From positions 153,202,001 through 153,266,000 of the forward strand of contig OZ024741.1 of the NCBI GenBank assembly GCA_964016885.1: a DNA stretch of 64,000 nucleotides. Reading direction: 5' to 3'. Source of the stretch: Eledone cirrhosa. Lineage: Eukaryota. Position 1 is the stretch's first letter. The number at the start of each line of letters is the position of its first letter. The notes beneath the pieces were generated by a model. The model worked only from the letters and a program-made list of their open reading frames with translations. It was not told the origin of the DNA and did no database searches. The position numbers and the translations under genes were made by a program. This document shows positions 62,401 to 64,000 of the stretch, piece by piece.

Positions 62401-62683
62401 AAGCTACCGATATTATATGCAGTTGTGGTTTGATTTATGAGTGTGTAAATAATATATATACGTATATAATATACATACATACGTAATATATATATGTGTG
62501 TGTGCACGAACACGCATGTATATGTACACACCGTATAGACAAACGACGAACAGATATTGATACAGATAACGAATATTATATCGAGCTAATCAAACGACTA
62601 CATAGACATTTCTTTGTTGCTGTGTGTATCATCTTTGTTATGTATGTCCATAATATCTGTCTGACCTATTTGATATGTGTGTG

Positions 62684-62718
<35 letters not shown>

Positions 62719-63004
62719 GCACGCACACACACACATACATATATATATGTGCGCGTGCGTGAAACCTGACTGTCAATAAAAATGGCGGGGCTTCTGTTAT
62801 CGATGGCAGGTGTCTGTATATGATTGTCTACGTGTATGTTGTGGTGTATATGTATGACAGTCTGTGCATGTGTATTTATAGCAGCAACACTGATAATCCA
62901 GTTGATAGGGTGGTGAAGGCCTTCTGTTATCGATGTGTGCGTTTGTGGATGTCTGTTTGTCTGCTGACTGACTGACATCCACACGTACATCTTTTCCTCT
63001 TCTT

Positions 63005-64000
63005 CACCCACTTATTCCTGAAAGTGGTGGGGGCATACACCTCAAGCACTCCTTCCAACAGGTCCTGTCAGAAGCAACTGTCTGCAACGGATCTGGCTGG
63101 ATCCCCAAGCGAGACCAACCAAGTTCATGGATGTTATTCAACCATCTTGCTCAGGGTTTATCCCTGGGTCTCCTGCCAGTTGATTTTGCCCATAAAATCT
63201 GTTCAGCGATTCTTCCCCGAGACATTCTAACCACATGCCCATAGTATCAGAGTTTCGATCTCTCAATTTGGAGAAGTAGTGGCTCTACCTGGAGATACTC
63301 TCTGATCTTCTAGCTATGCACTCAATCAAGTAACATTATTGCAAAGACCCTTCAGAGAAACCCTATTTCAGCCGCTTGTATTCGAGATCGTATTCTTTCG
63401 GTCATTACTCAAGATTCATGACCATAGGTAAGGGTTGGCACGAATACTGAATTAAAGATAGCGAGTTTGGCTTTTACACCTACCACCCTTCTGGTTACTG
63501 AATGCTGAAGCATTACTGCACCAGCTCCTGCAATTCTTGCACTTAATTCAGCCTCTTACCTTCCATCACTCATGAACAAGCCCCGAGAAACTTGAACTTC
63601 TCCACCTGCTTCAGTGGAACTCCATTCACATGTAGAGTGCACTGCGCAAGCTTCCTTGAGAGGATGAATGTTCGCAACACTGATTTTCATAGCAGCAATG
63701 CAGCACTCAGCATCAAACCTATCAAGTCAGAGATCACCTTCTGTCGAGTTAAGTAACATCATGTCATCTGCAAATTCCAGCCAACTGATTTTACACCTAC
63801 CAGACATGATACCACTTTGGCTGCGCATGGCAATCCTGTTTTGAAAATAATGAACAGGGGAGGTGACAGTACACACCCTTGGTGAGTCCAACACCTACAT
63901 TGAATGGTTTTGATTTACCACCATTTATCTGAACAAAATACTTAGACATTCGTATAGAGACATCAAGGCAACAAGAAGCTGACCATCGATCCTATACTCC
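63005..64000 (-). mobile_element. Rex3/Expander-like RTE fragment running off the window end
   Basis: Similar to 42404-42748 and extends into RT motifs (QGCVLSP, FADD). Confidence 0.8.

Overview
AT-rich eukaryotic DNA, very likely from an octopod cephalopod. This is inferred from the SINE families, RTE tails and dense (TA)n microsatellites; no database search was run. The window holds the 3' four coding exons (+ strand, 5160-41568, about 1,508 aa in view, all splice phases consistent) of an NHS/NHSL/GUK-holder-family gene; its 5' exon(s) lie upstream. The rest is mostly repeats: several RTE-clade LINE families, R4/Dong-like and CR1-group relics, two tRNA-headed SINE families, a DD37D (maT) mariner, a 100-bp Tc1/mariner MITE, a 4.07-kb Helitron with intact termini, 51-bp and 82-bp satellites, and several long foldback palindromes. 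The most unusual items are an intact-looking tRNA-Arg(CCT) gene with a 24-nt canonical intron, foldback hairpins with Penelope-type hammerhead-like motifs, a LINE-derived satellite with higher-order structure, a C/A-rich minisatellite replacing the Helitron Rep-helicase linker, and tail-less retroelement fragments inserted without target-site duplications. I found no unambiguous wholly new multi-gene system.
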